Shown here: one piece after another, positions 14,211-27,450 of the stretch
Position numbering within the stretch: the first letter of the stretch is position 1
How the letters are laid out: each line of letters opens with the position of its first letter
From: the human T2T-CHM13v2.0 reference genome, Homo sapiens
DNA length: 64,000 bases
Direction: 5' to 3'
Assembly: GCA_009914755.4 (NCBI GenBank)
Contig: CP068257.2
Location: 37,984,001 to 38,048,000 of the forward strand
The notes under the pieces: generated by a model
The model's input: the letters and a program-made list of their open reading frames with translations, nothing else
Database searches by the model: none
What the model was told of the DNA's origin: nothing
Translations under genes and position numbers: made by a program

Positions 14211-15487
14211 CGCACCATAATTTTCCTTCGTGGTTTTGTTTCGTTTTTTGTTTAGGTTTCTGACTCTTGAGGGATAAATACAGCTTCCAAATAATAGCAA
14301 CTGAATCTGCAGTAATCAGATGTTGGAAAATTATTTTTCACTGGTCCTTTATGTTAGCATAGCAAACTTAAGTCTTTGTTATATGTGGCCACCTATTGTA
14401 AATATTAACATTACTTCTCATCTCCACATCTTCCTCATTTACTATTTTTGTCTTTTTCAAAGAGATGGAGATGGAGGAGGAGTAGAATTTAATGAAGATA
14501 CAGATCTGGGGAAGTGTCATGTTTCGTTGGGTGCTTGGGGTAGGCAGTGGCTGCTGTTGAGAGTATTTTACAGATGTAGGAAGTCTTCGGAGGGGCATTT
14601 CTAGGTAAATGCATGCTGATTCTGCCCATCTTTACATGTACCTTTTGTGGTGTTTCCTCTTTAAAACAGCTGCGTGTAATATGCAAATTTGGTTTCAAAG
14701 GGAGAATTTTATATCTTTTAAGGAATGATTGCATGTGTATTAAGTCTTGTTTCCTATCTCCTTTCATTTTTTCCTTCTCTTTTAAAGTCAGTTCGTCTTA
14801 AGTAGTTTCTTTGTTAGGTAAATTTAATAATAATAAAAATCTGACGTGTTCAGGAAGGAGCTCAGTGTGAGGCCCATGGACGTTACCTCCTGGAGATGCA
14901 AATCGGAAAGAGATGTTTCACTATGCTGTCACCTCAGAAGATTGACAAGGACAAGGTTGTCTTTGCAAAGGTTCTTCCAGACAAGGGCATCCCTTCTTTT
15001 GTAGGATTTCTAAGTAGGTACTTTGAATAAACAAGGGCCACCTTTAATAGTTGGTTTTATGAGATTCTGCATACCTCACCATGGCCAAACTTCTCCACAC
15101 GGATGGTAACCTTCATCCATGCAGCAGAGGACACGAAGGTGTAGCCCTCCCTCCTCTGTCCCTGGACAGCTACAGATTCAGGCCAGTTCAGACGGGTCCA
15201 AGAAGAGTTTCAGGGTCTCCATCTTGTCCTTCCTGGGCATGGAACTGAGCCCAGTACTGGCATCCCAGGGGATGCCCCCCATGCATGCTTGTCCATTTAA
15301 CTGGGCGTCTGATCAGATTTCTGCTTGGTTTTCTGCCAGGCCTAGAGCCTGATCCTGAATCCTGGTTACAGTGACTTTGAAAAGCTGCCTGGGCTTTATC
15401 AGCCTCTCTCCCCGGGTGACCGGGATACTGATGAGGATGGAGTCCCTCCTTGTACCTGACAGACGTCTGTCTCCCTGACTATAACAG

Positions 15488-15619
15488 CCTTGTTCCTGGG
15501 TCCCACCCAAGCTTCGTGGCCCTGCATAAACCCAGGTTTGCAGCCTGTGTTCATTGCTCTTCTGTCGACCTTTCTCCTCCTACTGCTTACTTTCCTCTGC
15601 TGCCCCTTCCTGCTCCCAG
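15488..15619 (+). other. Candidate exon, 132 nt, about 2 kb downstream of the CpG-island promoter
   Basis: Acceptor gtctgtctccctgactataacag|CC (AG at 15486-15487) and a perfect donor CCCAG|GTAAGTCC at 15619/15620. The exon body is non-repetitive. Confidence 0.4.
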
Positions 15620-16039
15620 GTAAGTCCTTGGACTTGGTGAGGGCTCCCGTATTCCTTGTTAATTCCAGTTTCTTCTCTTTTGCCTTGGCCTGAGGATAGG
15701 GTTCCATCAAGCTTTGTGGCTGACCTCTTCCGAGTTTTGACAACACTTCTTTGCCCGTGGAAGGAGGGAGTTAACTGACCCTGTGTCTGAAGATGAAAGG
15801 TGAAGGGGTGGGTAAGATGATTTATAGAGATTTTGAGAACTAACATGGCCTTCAGTTGAAAACCAGAATTAGGAGCTCTGAGTATCGTGCAGGTGCAGTG
15901 AGATTCATTTGAAAAACAAAACAACCGGAATTTTTATATCTAATTTTGAACATCATCCCCACATCCTTAATAGAAGACATCGGAGCCAGAAGTCGTTTGG
16001 GACCAAGTTGGGTAAACAGAGTGGCTGATCATTCATTCA

Positions 16040-16325
16040 CGCATTGAATAAATATTCTTGCAGAGATAAATAGCTCAGGCTCTGCAGCCAGATGACTGGT
16101 TGCAAATCCCAGCTTTGACAGGTACTTGTTATATGACCTTCGGCAAGTTACTTAATTTCCCTATGCCTCAGTTTCGTTAATTGAAATTGAAGAGAATAAT
16201 AGTACTTATTTCATAGGGGTGGTTGTGAGGATTACGTGGTTCTGTATATAATAAAGAACAATAGAACAGTGCCAGGTATATACATGCTACTTAAGTTATA
16301 GCTATTGTTGTTATTATGACTTCTT
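16040..16325 (+). mobile_element. MIR SINE
   Basis: MIR core: ggttgcaaatcccagctttgacaggtacttgttatatgaccttcggcaagttacttaatttccctatgcctcagtttcg ... aataatagtacttatttcataggggtggttgtgaggattacgtgg ... acagtgccaggtatatacatgctacttaag. Confidence 0.75.
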
Positions 16326-16593
16326 GTTGTGTGCCAAGCACTTTACCATGCTGAGTAATAATTGTTTTGGATCAAGAATGAGGTATGGAAAGAAGGAAAC
16401 AAAACTAGTTGTTTCTTATTGAATTTTAAAAAATAATATGATTTGAAAAGTAATTCCCAAAAAGTTGTGAGAAGAATATTGTGAGCAAGGGCAGAATTAT
16501 TTTTATAAGATGACTAACATCAGGGGAACAATATTTAGTTTGTTATTTAAATTTTGGTCCCTGTCTTTTTTTTTGTTTAAGCTGTAGACACAG

Positions 16594-16668
16594 GCAGGAG
16601 CATTGCTTGAGTCCAGAAGTTTGAGACCAGCCTGGACAACATAGCAAGACCCCGTCTCTGAAAATGAA
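16594..16668 (+). mobile_element. Alu-monomer fragment
   Basis: ggcaggagcattgcttgagtccagaagtttgagaccagcctggacaacatagcaagaccccgtctctgaaaa. Confidence 0.7.
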
Positions 16669-17775
16669 AGAGCTCTGATTTTTTATAATTATTGGAAACC
16701 ATTCCTCAGTGTTCCTATTCACGTTTGCAATGCTCTCTCTCTTTTTCTTACTGTTTCTAATTTATTCATTTTTCCATAGAGGTGTTTTGGTGATCACTGT
16801 GCTTCCTAAACTCTGCAAGTTCCCTTTTTAATCTCGTTCCGTCTCCTTGTCATTGCTTGTGGCTCTGTTTTGTTGATTTCCTGTTCTTAGTTTCTTGTAG
16901 CAATAAATCATTTACTGTGAAAACTTTTAATCCACTGCTGGGAGTATATTTTCTTCCAGACTGTGGCTTCTTCACTTGTCTTTTGCACATTTCCTTTTGT
17001 TTCATTTCCTCCTTCCTTTCTGTGGTATTTATGCATATTTGCTCTGCCATTTCTTTATTTGTCAAGCATATTTAACAAGGGCAGGTTCAGCTGAACCTTT
17101 AGATAACAATTTTTTGAATTGTCCTCGATTGCTTCTCTCCTATGTGAACATCGTTTCCTTCCCAGAGCTTCCTTTGGTGTCCTGGAGATACAGTTTATCA
17201 GCTTTTCTGTGGCCTGAGGATATGAAGGAGCAGAAGCAGTGGGAATGATGGATAATCATGATTGGTGGATTTAGTCTCTATTCATTTTGATTAAATTTAT
17301 TAAAATTTATAGTTTTATTAAAAGTTGCTCTCAGGATACACTCAGGTTTTGGATTGCCCCCAAATTCAGGATGTAACTTGGAGGCATTACATTTTTTATT
17401 TTTCAAATTTTGAAGTATTTCAAACATGCAGAAGTGAAATAATAATAGAAAAAGCATGTGTGAGTCCACATCCCAGCTCTATTGTGTCCTAACACTTGGC
17501 CATACTTGCTTAGATGTAGAAGACAATAGGAAAGCATTGTTGAAGCTCCCTCTGTCCCCTCCCTAGTTCTCCCCATCTCCTTTCATCCCTTCTCACTATC
17601 CTGAATTATTACTGTCTTTTCCATGTGTGTTTCCACATCACTTCTATGTATAAATCTGTGATTAATTATGGTATTGACTTCAATATTTCAAGCTCTCTAA
17701 AATGGTTTCGTATGGTCCTACTGAAGCTCTTTTTGATTCATTGTTTTCAATATTTATCCATGTTGAGACATAGCT

Positions 17776-18134
17776 TGTATTACTCCATTTTCACACTGCT
17801 ATAAAGAACTTCCAGAGACTGGGTAATTTATAAAGGAAAGAGGTTTAATTGATTCACAGTTCTGCATGGCTGGGGAGGCCTCAGGAAACTTACAATCATG
17901 GCGGAAGGGGAGGCAGGCATGTCTTACATGGCCTGAGAGAGCAAGTGAGAGAACATGTGAGCGTGTGGGAAAAACTACCATTTATAAAACCATCAGATCT
18001 CATGAGAATTCTCTCACTATCAGGAGAACAACATGGGGGAACTGCCTTTTAATCCAATCACTTCCCTCCCTCGACACTTGAGGATTACAGCCGGAGATGA
18101 GATTTGGGTGGGGACACAGAGTTAAACCATATCA
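17776..18134 (-). mobile_element. MaLR LTR of the THE1/MST type, about 359 bp
   Basis: The reverse strand begins tgatatggtttaactctgtgtccccacccaaatctcatctc ... gtgggag ... gatctgatggttttataaatgg ... ggcctccccagccatgcagaactgtgaatcaattaaacctctttcctttataaattacccagtctctgg ... and ends ...tacaagcta, matching my recollection of the THE1 LTR start/end and internal blocks. The length is right for a solitary LTR. Confidence 0.8.
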
Positions 18135-18375
18135 CAGCTGTAGTTCAAGCTTGTCCAACCTGCAGCCCAGGACGGCTTTGAATGTGGCCCCAAACAAATT
18201 CATAAACTTTTTAAAAACTTTGAGATTTTTTTAAAAGCTCATCAGCTATCGTTAGTGTTAGCGTAGTTTATGTGTGGCCCAAGACAATTCTTCTTCTAAT
18301 GTGGCCCAGGGAAGCCAGAAGATCGGATACCTCTGTGGGTGTAGTTCATTCATTTTCATTGCTATGTAAAATGGT

Positions 18376-18640
18376 AGGCTGAGGTGGGAGGATCTCTTGA
18401 GCCCAAGAGTTTGATACCAGCCTGGGCAACATAGCGAATCCTCATCTCTATGAAAAAAATAAATAAATAAAAAATAAAAAATTAGCCAAGCGTGGTGGCA
18501 TGCACCTGTAGTCCTAGATACTTGGGAGGCTGAGATGGGAGGATTGCTTGGGTCCAGGAGTTTGGGGATGCAGTGAGCCATGATCAATCCAATGCACTCT
18601 AGCATGGGCAACAGAGCAAGACCTTGTCTCTTAAAAAAAA
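18376..18640 (+). mobile_element. Alu SINE, 5'-truncated
   Basis: ggctgaggtgggaggatctcttgagcccaagagtttgataccagcctgggcaacatagcgaatc ... ttagccaagcgtggtggcatgcacctgtagtcc ... A tail. Confidence 0.9.
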
Positions 18641-19589
18641 TTATATTGTAGGATTGTACTACAATTGGCTCAGCTATTGTTTTGTTAATGGACGTTTAGA
18701 TGATTTTCATTTTTCATATAAAAATGCTATAATAAACATTCTTATACATATCTCCTTTGCATACATGTTAGAGTGTACTTTAGAGTACATACCTAGAAAA
18801 GATGCATTGGGTGAAAAAGCATCTTTCCTAGATACTGAAGAATGTTTTCCAAGGGATTTGTACCAATTTATGCTCCTACATACTATACCTCTAACTCAGT
18901 TCCTGTTTTTCCACAGCTTCCCCAACCCTTAGAATTATTGGATTTTTAAATTTTTGTTATTGTCATGAGTATGAAGTAGAATCTCAGTGTTTTAAGATGC
19001 ATTTTCCTGATTCTAGTAAAACTAATCATCTGTTTGTATATTATGTATCTCAGCCATTTGGATTTCCTCTTCTGTGAATGGCCTGTTCATGTATTTTGAT
19101 CATTTTTCATTTGGAATGTCTTTTTCTTATAGATTTATAGAAGCTCATTTAGAAATTCTAGATCCTTAATTTTAGTAATATACATTGCAAATATCTACTC
19201 CGTCTGTGTCTTGTATTTTTACATTTTATTGAACAATAGGTTTTCATTTTTAATTTGGTGAAATTTACCACTTTTTTTTAATGGTTTGTGCTTTCTCTTA
19301 AGAAGAAGCTTTTCATCTTATGAAATTCTTCCCCACTCTAAGGCTATAAAGATTGTCTCATATACTGTATTTCTTGCTAAAAGCCTTCAAGTTTTGCTTT
19401 TCACATTTAGGTTTTTAATCCTCCTTGGATTTATTTTTGATATGTTGTGAGTTAGGGATTCAAATTCAATTTTTTCAAATGAATAGTCAGTCCTAGGTTG
19501 TTAATTCAGTACTCCTTTTTCTGGTGATTTGTAATACCATTTGTAATACCATACTTGTGTAGATCTGTTTTGAGGCTATTTATTCTATT

Positions 19590-19950
19590 TTATGGTCTGC
19601 TTGGGCTGCCATAATGAGATACCATAGACTGGATGGCTAAACAACATAAAATTATTTTCTCACGGTTCTGGAGGCTGGAAGTCTGAGATCAAAGGTGCCA
19701 GCCTGATCAGGTTCTGGTGAGGACCCTCTTCAGGGATGCAGATACATCCTAAAGATTCTGTCTGTGTCCTTACATGCAGAAAGAGATTCCTTTCTTCTTA
19801 TGAGGCCACCAACCCTATTGAATTAGGATCCCACCCTATGACCTCATTTAACCTTAATTACTTCCTCAAAGCTTTGTCTCCAAATACAGTCACATTGGGG
19901 TTAGAGCTTTAACACATGAACTTTGGGTGGACACAATTCCGTCCATAGCA
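19590..19950 (+). mobile_element. MaLR-type LTR (MLT1-like), nested inside an L1 fragment
   Basis: Contains the block gggctgccataatgagataccatagactggatggctaaacaacataaaattattttctcacggttctggaggctggaagtctgagatcaaaggtgccagc ... tatgaggccaccaaccctattgaattaggatcccaccctatgacctcatttaaccttaattacttcctcaaagctttgtctccaaatacagtcacattggggttagagctttaacacatgaactttgggtggacacaattc, which is the familiar MLT1-family signature. The subfamily is not determined. Confidence 0.6.
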
Positions 19951-20242
19951 TTGGTTTATAAATCACAAGTATCTTATTGATGTAATAAGTTTTTATATAT
20001 ACTAGATCAAGTTAGGTCAAGTTTTCCCATCTTGTTTTGCTTTATAATGTATTTAGCTATTTTTTGCCTTTTAGTCTATGTACGAATCTGAGGTTCAGTT
20101 GTCAAGTTCATTTCCAAAATTTGTAGGTTTATTTTTGAGATCTCTGTTCTGTTTTGTCATGATGTATTTTGTTTGTTTCTGCCCAAACACCACAAGTTTT
20201 AATTGCTGTGACTTTATAATATGTCTTGGTCTGGGAAGGTAA

Positions 20243-20785
<543 letters not shown>

Positions 20786-21458
20786 TAGTTATTTGTAGAG
20801 TATTCCTCAATTTGGAGTTGCCTGATATTTTCTTATATGCAGACTGAAGTTATGCATTTTTGGTAATAATACCACGGAAATTTGATAAATGTGATGCATT
20901 TTCTATTGGTTCTGATAGTTTACATGTAGAGTCTCTTGGATGTTTTATGTAGATAATTGTATTAGATATTTTGGTTATTTGTGTCTTTCTAGCACATGGG
21001 AGGATTTTGCTTCTCCCACCTCTTGAAGTTACGCAAAGCATGTGGCTTTTCCTGGCCAATGAAAAGGGAGCTAAAGGGATGTGTGCTGAGACATTGAATT
21101 GCAGGTGCATGATTTCCCAGCTGTCTTTGCTCTGCTTGTTTAAAGCAAATGTTGATATGAGCATACCATTAGATCAAAATAGCATATGATAATAAACCGA
21201 CCTTTGTATGCTTGCCTTCAAGAGTAGCCTGAATTAGCAATTGATTTTGCTTATGAGAAGATAAACTTGCAGTGTTAAGACCCCGAGATTTTGGGGTTGT
21301 TTGTGGCATAACCTAGCCTATGTGGTCTGACATAATAATCATATTGTCTATAAACAAGAATAGCTTAGTTTCTTCTCTTTTATTTCTTATATACATCTTT
21401 TCTGGTCTTATTCCATTGGCTGGGACCTCAAGGGCAATGTTTAATAAAAGCAGTGACA

Positions 21459-21587
21459 GGTTAGGTACAATGGCTCATGCCTGTAGTCCCAACATTTTGG
21501 GAGACCAAAGCAGGAGGATTGCTTGAGGCCAGAAGTTCAAGACTAGCCTGGGCAACATAGTGAGACCCTTTCTCTGAGAAAAAAAAG
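21459..21587 (+). mobile_element. Alu monomer (FLAM-like)
   Basis: ggtacaatggctcatgcctgtagtcccaacattttgggagaccaaagcaggaggattgcttgaggccagaagttcaagactagcctgggcaacatagtgagaccc. Confidence 0.8.
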
Positions 21588-23510
21588 TGATAATGGACAT
21601 CCTTGTCTTCACCTTCACCTTAATGGGAATGCTTTTAAGTTTCACTATCAAATATGTCTATTTTAGATATTTGATGGACACCCTTTGTCAAATTAAGAAA
21701 GATCTCTTTTTTATTATGAATTGGTGCTGAATTTTATTGATTCTTTTTTGATGTAGCTTTTGAAATAATCATAGACTTTTTCTTCCTTTAATTTACTGGT
21801 ATAATTTATTAGTGCATTTCTTGTGTTTTATTTAGGACCTTTCCATTTGTATTCAAAAGAGATATTGTTCATAATTTTCTTTTCTTTTACTATCCTTGTC
21901 TGAAGTTGTGTATTTTTTCTCTGTCTCTTGGAAATGGCTTGCACAAAAAGGTTTTTTTTTTTTGTTGTTCCTTTAAAATTTGGTAAAGCTCACCTCTAAA
22001 TCTTTCTGGGTTGTTGCATCGTAGAGTGGAGGCAGTGGACTTCTGATGACAGATTCATTGTTTATTTAGGTTCTATTTCCTTTTGTTTATTCAGGTTCTA
22101 TTCCTTTTCAATGAACTACATTAATTCATGATTTGCTGGAAAATTATTTCAAAGTTTTGAAATTTATTGGCATAAAATTGTTCATAGTATTTTCTTATGA
22201 TTTAACATTTTAAAAATTTCTCTGTTGCAGACCTTTTTGACTTTAAATATGATTTATTTCTGTCTCTTTTTTTCTTGTTAAATCTTGGTAAAGTTTTATT
22301 TGCTTTATTAGTTTTTCTGAAAGAAACAGTTTTTGAGTATGTAGATAATTTCTTTGGTTGTTTTATTCTGTGTATCAATGACTTGATAGTTATATCCTCG
22401 TCTTTTTCTTTTTCTCACCTTTCAAATGTTTATTGCTCTTTTTTCGTAGCTTCTTGAAGTATATGCTTAATGTATTCTACATATTTATTCTTTTGACCTA
22501 TAACTTTATTTCTAAATAATTTTTAATTGCTGTCCACAGGTTTTGATATGTTGGTCTTTCATTTTTATTTGGTTTAAAATATCTATTATGATTTCCTCTT
22601 TAAGCCATAAGTTTTTTTGAGGCCTACTTTTGAAAGTTTCAAAACACACATTTTTCTCCAGTATGTTTTTATTGTTGATTTTTAATCCCCATAAGTGGTA
22701 TGTGTGCAATTGAAAAGAATGTTTACTTTCTGTTTCTGTATGGTTTAATAAATGAAGTTTATTAATTTTCATTGTCAAATCATTATTACTAATTTTTGTT
22801 CTATTTGGTTACACGTTTCTAAAAGAAATGTGTAAAAATAAAATTTATTCTTAGAATGCTATCAATTTTTTGTTATATGTTTTGATGCTGTGTTGTTGAA
22901 GCTTACAAGTTCTAAAGATCTATATTATACTATCTATATTATAATAATTTATGGTGAATTGCTATGTAGTGTTGATACTTTTGGCTTGAATTCTTTTTGC
23001 CTTACATAGCTGCATTAGGGGTTGGTTTCTTTTTCTTTTCTCCCCCTAACTAATAGCAAGTATCTTTCCTGCCTATCGTTGTAGCTTTACTTTGGGTGTG
23101 TCATTTGAACTCGCATATAGGTAGATTTTTTCCAACCTGCTTATTGTGTTTCTAAGCAAGTGAACTTAATCCATTTATAATATACATAATTTCTGAGGCC
23201 TTTGGATTTAATTCTTTTATCTCATTATGTGTTTTCTTTTTCATACCTTTTTTCTTTAGTTCTCTTTTCTTCATTTTTTCGTCTCCTGTTGGATTGATAC
23301 AGTTTTCTACATTCCCATTTTACTTCTTTTGCTGGTTTTCAGACTGTAGACTGTATATATATTTTTAATGATTATATTTAATCTTGAATCATGTATTTTA
23401 ATGATATATAAACATTTTTGGTATTCCTGGTATTTTCTCTATCATGACAAGGACCTCAGCACAATTTAACTAACAACCTTGTTCCCTTATTTTGTAACTA
23501 TTCCTTAGTT
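21588..23510 (-). mobile_element. L1 LINE-derived block, T-rich antisense ORF region
   Basis: The typical antisense L1 texture (tttgatggacaccctttgtcaaattaagaaag ... ttttgatgtagcttttgaaataatcatagac ... ggttctattcctt) continues to a (TTCC)n array. Family and boundaries are uncertain. Confidence 0.45.
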
Positions 23511-23523
23511 TGAACTTGTAAAT

Positions 23524-23756
23524 TTTCTTTTCTTTTCTTTTCTTTTCCTCCCTCCCTCCCTCCATCCTTCCTTCCCTCCCTCCCTCCTTCCTTCGTTCCT
23601 TCTTTCCTTCCTTCCTCCCTCCCTTCCTCCCTTTCTCTTTCTTTCTCTCTCTCTCTCTTTTCCATCCATCCCTCCCTCCTTCCTCCCTCCCTCCCTCCCT
23701 TCCTTCCTTCCTTCCTTCCTTCCTTCCTTCCTTCCTTCCTTCCTTCCTTCCTTCCT
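23524..23756. repeat. (TTCC/TCCC/TTTC)n polypyrimidine microsatellite, about 233 bp
   Basis: ttttcttttcttttcttttcctccctccctccct ... (ttcc)n tract of about 20 units at the 3' end. Confidence 0.95.
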
Positions 23757-26329
23757 CTGTTTCTCTTTTCTTGGGTAATTTCCTATATTTTTGGATGTTT
23801 TAAACATGAAAATGTAGTTATTTTTATGGGCATAAATTAGTTAAATTTAATGATATATTTGATCAATTTCTGTGCTCATTTTTGTGTCCTGTATCCCTTG
23901 ACATACACATGAGTTTATGCAACTTCTTGCTGAACTACATTCATTAATAATTAATATTATTGAGGCTACATGGGTGATAAGCTTTCTTACTATTTCTGTG
24001 TTTGAAAATATTTTAATTATGGCTTTGCTTTTGTGTATTAGTTTAACTGGGTATAAAATTTTAGATGGGCAGTTACTTCTTTCCAGCATTTTGGTATCTT
24101 CTATATGTATTATTGGTCATGGGAAATGGCTATCAGCTTAATTGTGACTGTTTTGTTGATAATTTGCCTTTCTCCACATTAGCTTTTAGGACTTTCTCAT
24201 TTTCGACGTTCTGTGGACTCACTATGATGTGGAAGATAGGTTTATCTTTATCATGGTGAGTACCTAGAGTCCAGTTTTGATTTGAGATCTCATATTTTCA
24301 ATTCTGGAAAATTCTCAGCTGATATGTCTTCACATATTTTTTCCTCTGCTTTTCCTCCATTCCTTTCTTCAGGAACCCTTATCAGAGTAAGCCAACCCTC
24401 TTCATGTATCTGCTACATCTCCTTTGTCTGTCCAATAAGTCCTGATTGTTACTGGAGACAGTTATCTCTGGGGAAGGAGAATGATTCTCCTTTCAGTCAC
24501 AACCTTCCTTCTCTCTGTGAAAAGTGGAATGGCAAGTCTGAAGGTTTCTTTCTCATTTATCTCCAGAGGATCATTTCTCTTAAGTCTCCTCTTCACCACC
24601 TCTGTTTACCTTTCTCCAATCTGGGAAGGGAAACTATTAATGAAACTTTGATGAATTTCAGTTCCTCACCCCTTTTCTGCATTCGCTCCCCCCATAAAAC
24701 ATACATGTAAAATTCTGGTGTTTTTGGTGTTTTTCCCTGGCCACCACTTTCAAGGAGTATTCCAAAAGTTGTGTCCCTTTGTTTGGGTGCTGCTTGTATA
24801 TTTTTGGCCAATTTGAACTTACTTTTTTCATTTCAGTGTGGGCAAAGTAGAGAAACAAATGCCCCCAGGCCCTACTACACATTTGAGCAATAATAGTTGT
24901 GAATATTATTCAACTCATCAGCAGTTGCTCAGAGTGGGTGTTCAATGGCTTGGTTTTGTAGGGAGTCTGGCACAATTCCCAGGTGTCTGGAAGCTTTGAA
25001 GAGAAACAGGTGCCTATTATAATTGGATATAAATGAAGGAATTGAGGAAATTGAATGAGGCAAATGGTGGAGTGCTGGTTTTACTGAGGTGGAGGTGCTG
25101 ATGGAAGGATGGTGGTGGACATTCCATAGACAATGCTGCACAGCGAACTCTCAAAGGTTTTCTGGAGAATCCATAAATAACTGAATTTGGATTTTTCAGA
25201 ATTTGGCTTCTTCAAGGATAAAAATGTGCAAATTACCTCTTTGCTAGTTGTTAGCTAATCAGTTTACCTAAAAAAAAAAAGTGCAAAAATAAAATCACCT
25301 CGTCCAAGGCGATAGTTTTTTTTTTTTCTTTCCATCCTCACTCTCTTGAAAATCCTGTTTGTGCTTCTACTCTGAGACTCAGTTTACCATCTGACTCCCT
25401 CCGAGGGAGAAGATCATTTGCAGGAAGGATAACCAAACTACATGGAAAATGAGGATTTTCCTCTGGGTTCTTCTTTGACGGCTGGCTCTCAACTCCACAT
25501 TGTAGACTATGGTGTAACACTTATGTCCAATATTACACACACACTTTTTCAGTTTCCTGTTTTGGTGACTTTTCATACATGCCACTTACACATGTCTAAA
25601 GGAAGCTCTTTCACTGATGTCTGTAGCCACCTATGGCACAAAAAGCCAGGGGGTTTGTCGCATGTTATTCCATCAGGTAGAGGGAGGAGTTTTTCCAGGC
25701 TAATGAAACATGATGATGCTAAATGGTTAGTGAAGAGTGATGGAGTTAGAAAGCAGTTTTCGTGTGTGATCAGTCGTTCTGAGCCTGATGGCTCTACCAC
25801 GCCTGCTAACCACCTCGGTTGACCCGGCTGCAACCCCACTCGGTCCATCTTTTATTTATCTGATTTCCTCATTAGTCCATGGGGTGTGTTCCTCGCAAGC
25901 TTGAATTCTTTTCGCCTCACCTAGCTGCACTAGGGGTTGCTCACTTTGTTTTTCCTTTCCCCGCTCCCAACTATGTGCAGGCATTTGCAGCAATTTATTA
26001 GTTTCAAATAAATTTGGGTAATCTTGCCTGTGAGTCTCCTTTTTGAGATTCATTATGCATATTAATTTTGGAAGATTTCCAAAAAGTCCTCAATAAAGAA
26101 ACCTGTTTTCATTTGGTTTAACCCAGTGGTTTCCCAGTTTGCAATTCTACCTTCCTCTCACCCCCGCAGGGGCGCACACAGGGACTCCTGATGTCTGAAG
26201 GGGCATGGTTAGGGAAACTCTGCCTCCACCTACAGAGAGAACTCCACGTTCCCTCTAGCCCTAGTCTTGGCTTCCCTTCAAGCCCTTGATTTTTTTCTTT
26301 CTTTTATTCATAGTTTTTTTGGGGGGGTA

Positions 26330-27450
26330 TAATCAATATTATGCATGTTATCTGTAAAGTTTACAATTCAGTGAACCCCTAACTCTTTTAAAATTGTGGT
26401 AAAATAGACATAATGTAAATGTACCATTTTAACGACAGTTTTGTGGCATTTTGTCCATACACGGTATTGTGTGACCTTCACTACTGTCTAGCCCCAGGAC
26501 ATTTTCATTACCCCAGAGGAAATCTTGTACCCATTATCAGTCATTTCTCCTCCCTACCCCCAGCCCCTGGGAACCCCCATTCTATTTCCTGTTTCTATGG
26601 ATTTTGCTACTCTAGGTAGCCCATGTAAGTGAAACCATACAGTATTTGTCCTGTTGTGTCTGGTTTATTTTATGTAGCATGTCTTCAAGGTTCATCCATG
26701 TTGGAGCATGTGACAGAATTTCCTTGCTTTTTAGGGCAGAATAGTATTTCACTGTGTGTATATATATAGCATTTTGTTTGTCTATTCATCTACCAGTGAA
26801 CGCTCGGGTTGTTTTCACCTTTTGGCTATTGTGAATAATGCCACTATGAATATGGTTGTACAAATATTTGTTTGAGTCTTTGCTTTCATTTCTTTTGGGC
26901 ATATGCATGGGAGTGGAATTGCTGGATTATATAGTAATTCTGTTTTAAGTTTTTTGAGGAGCTGTGATATCATTTTCCACACTGGCTGCACCATTTTATA
27001 TTCCCACCAGCAGAGCACAGGGGTTCCAGATTTTCCAGATTTCCTTGCCAACATTCGTTATTTTCTGTTTTTTTTTCTTTTTTTCATTAATTGCTATCCT
27101 GGTAGGTGCGAAGTGCTGTCTCATTGTGACTGAGATTTGCATTTGCCAGTGGTTGGTGATGTTGAGCATCTTTTCATGAGCTTATTGGCCATCTGTATAT
27201 CTTCTTTGGAGAATGTCTATTCAAGTCCTTTGCCCCTTTTTAAACTGGCGTTTTTGTTTTTTGTTGTTGACAGACTCCTAATTCTTAACAGATATGATGC
27301 TCTCACTGTGATGAACTTGACTTCTGGGAAGATACTGGCTGCATTCATTTCTCTTCTACTTTCCTAGGCCAATCATTATTCTCCAGCAGTCATCATTTCT
27401 TACGTTCCTCGCTTGTCCTGTTCTCAGGCTGGACCTAAGAGCTCATTCCC
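26330..27450 (+). mobile_element. L1 LINE 3' region (end of ORF2 into the 3'UTR)
   Basis: Strong match to my recollection of the L1 3' consensus: ccattttaacgacagttttgtggcatt ... gtacccattatcagtcatttctcctccctacccccagcccctgggaacccccattctatttcctgtttctatggattttgctactctaggtagcccatgtaagtgaaaccatacagtatttgtcctg ... ttttggctattgtgaataatgccactatgaatatggttgtacaaatatttgtttgagtctttgctttcatttcttttgggcatatgcatgggagtggaattgctggattatatagtaattctgtttt ... gcaccattttatattcccaccagcagagcacaggggttcc ... gtgatgttgagcatcttttcatgagcttattggccatctgtatatcttctttggagaatgtctattcaagtcctttgcccc. Confidence 0.75.

Noticed and set aside
18135-18370. A repeat-like block next to the THE1 LTR (gcagcccaggacggctttgaatgtggccccaaacaaattcataaactttttaaaaac...gtggcccaagacaattcttcttctaatgtggcccagggaagccagaagatcgg).
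   Set aside because: It looks like a known interspersed repeat with an internal direct repeat (tgtggcccaa... twice), but I cannot name the family confidently from memory, so it is not listed as a feature.
23524-23756. Tandem short repeats considered as a possible CRISPR array.
   Set aside because: The units are 4-bp microsatellite repeats without unique spacers, and the genome is eukaryotic.
23505-23807. ORFs encoding [12 protein letters not shown] and [12 protein letters not shown] repeats (23505..23807; 39676..40162; 59001..59366).
   Set aside because: They are direct translations of the (TTCC/GGAA)n and (GAAA)n microsatellites, not genes.
24241-24260. Donor-like motif CATG|GTGAGTACC at about 24250.
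   Set aside because: It lies inside an antisense L1-derived block with no upstream acceptor in unique sequence. It is most likely a chance match.
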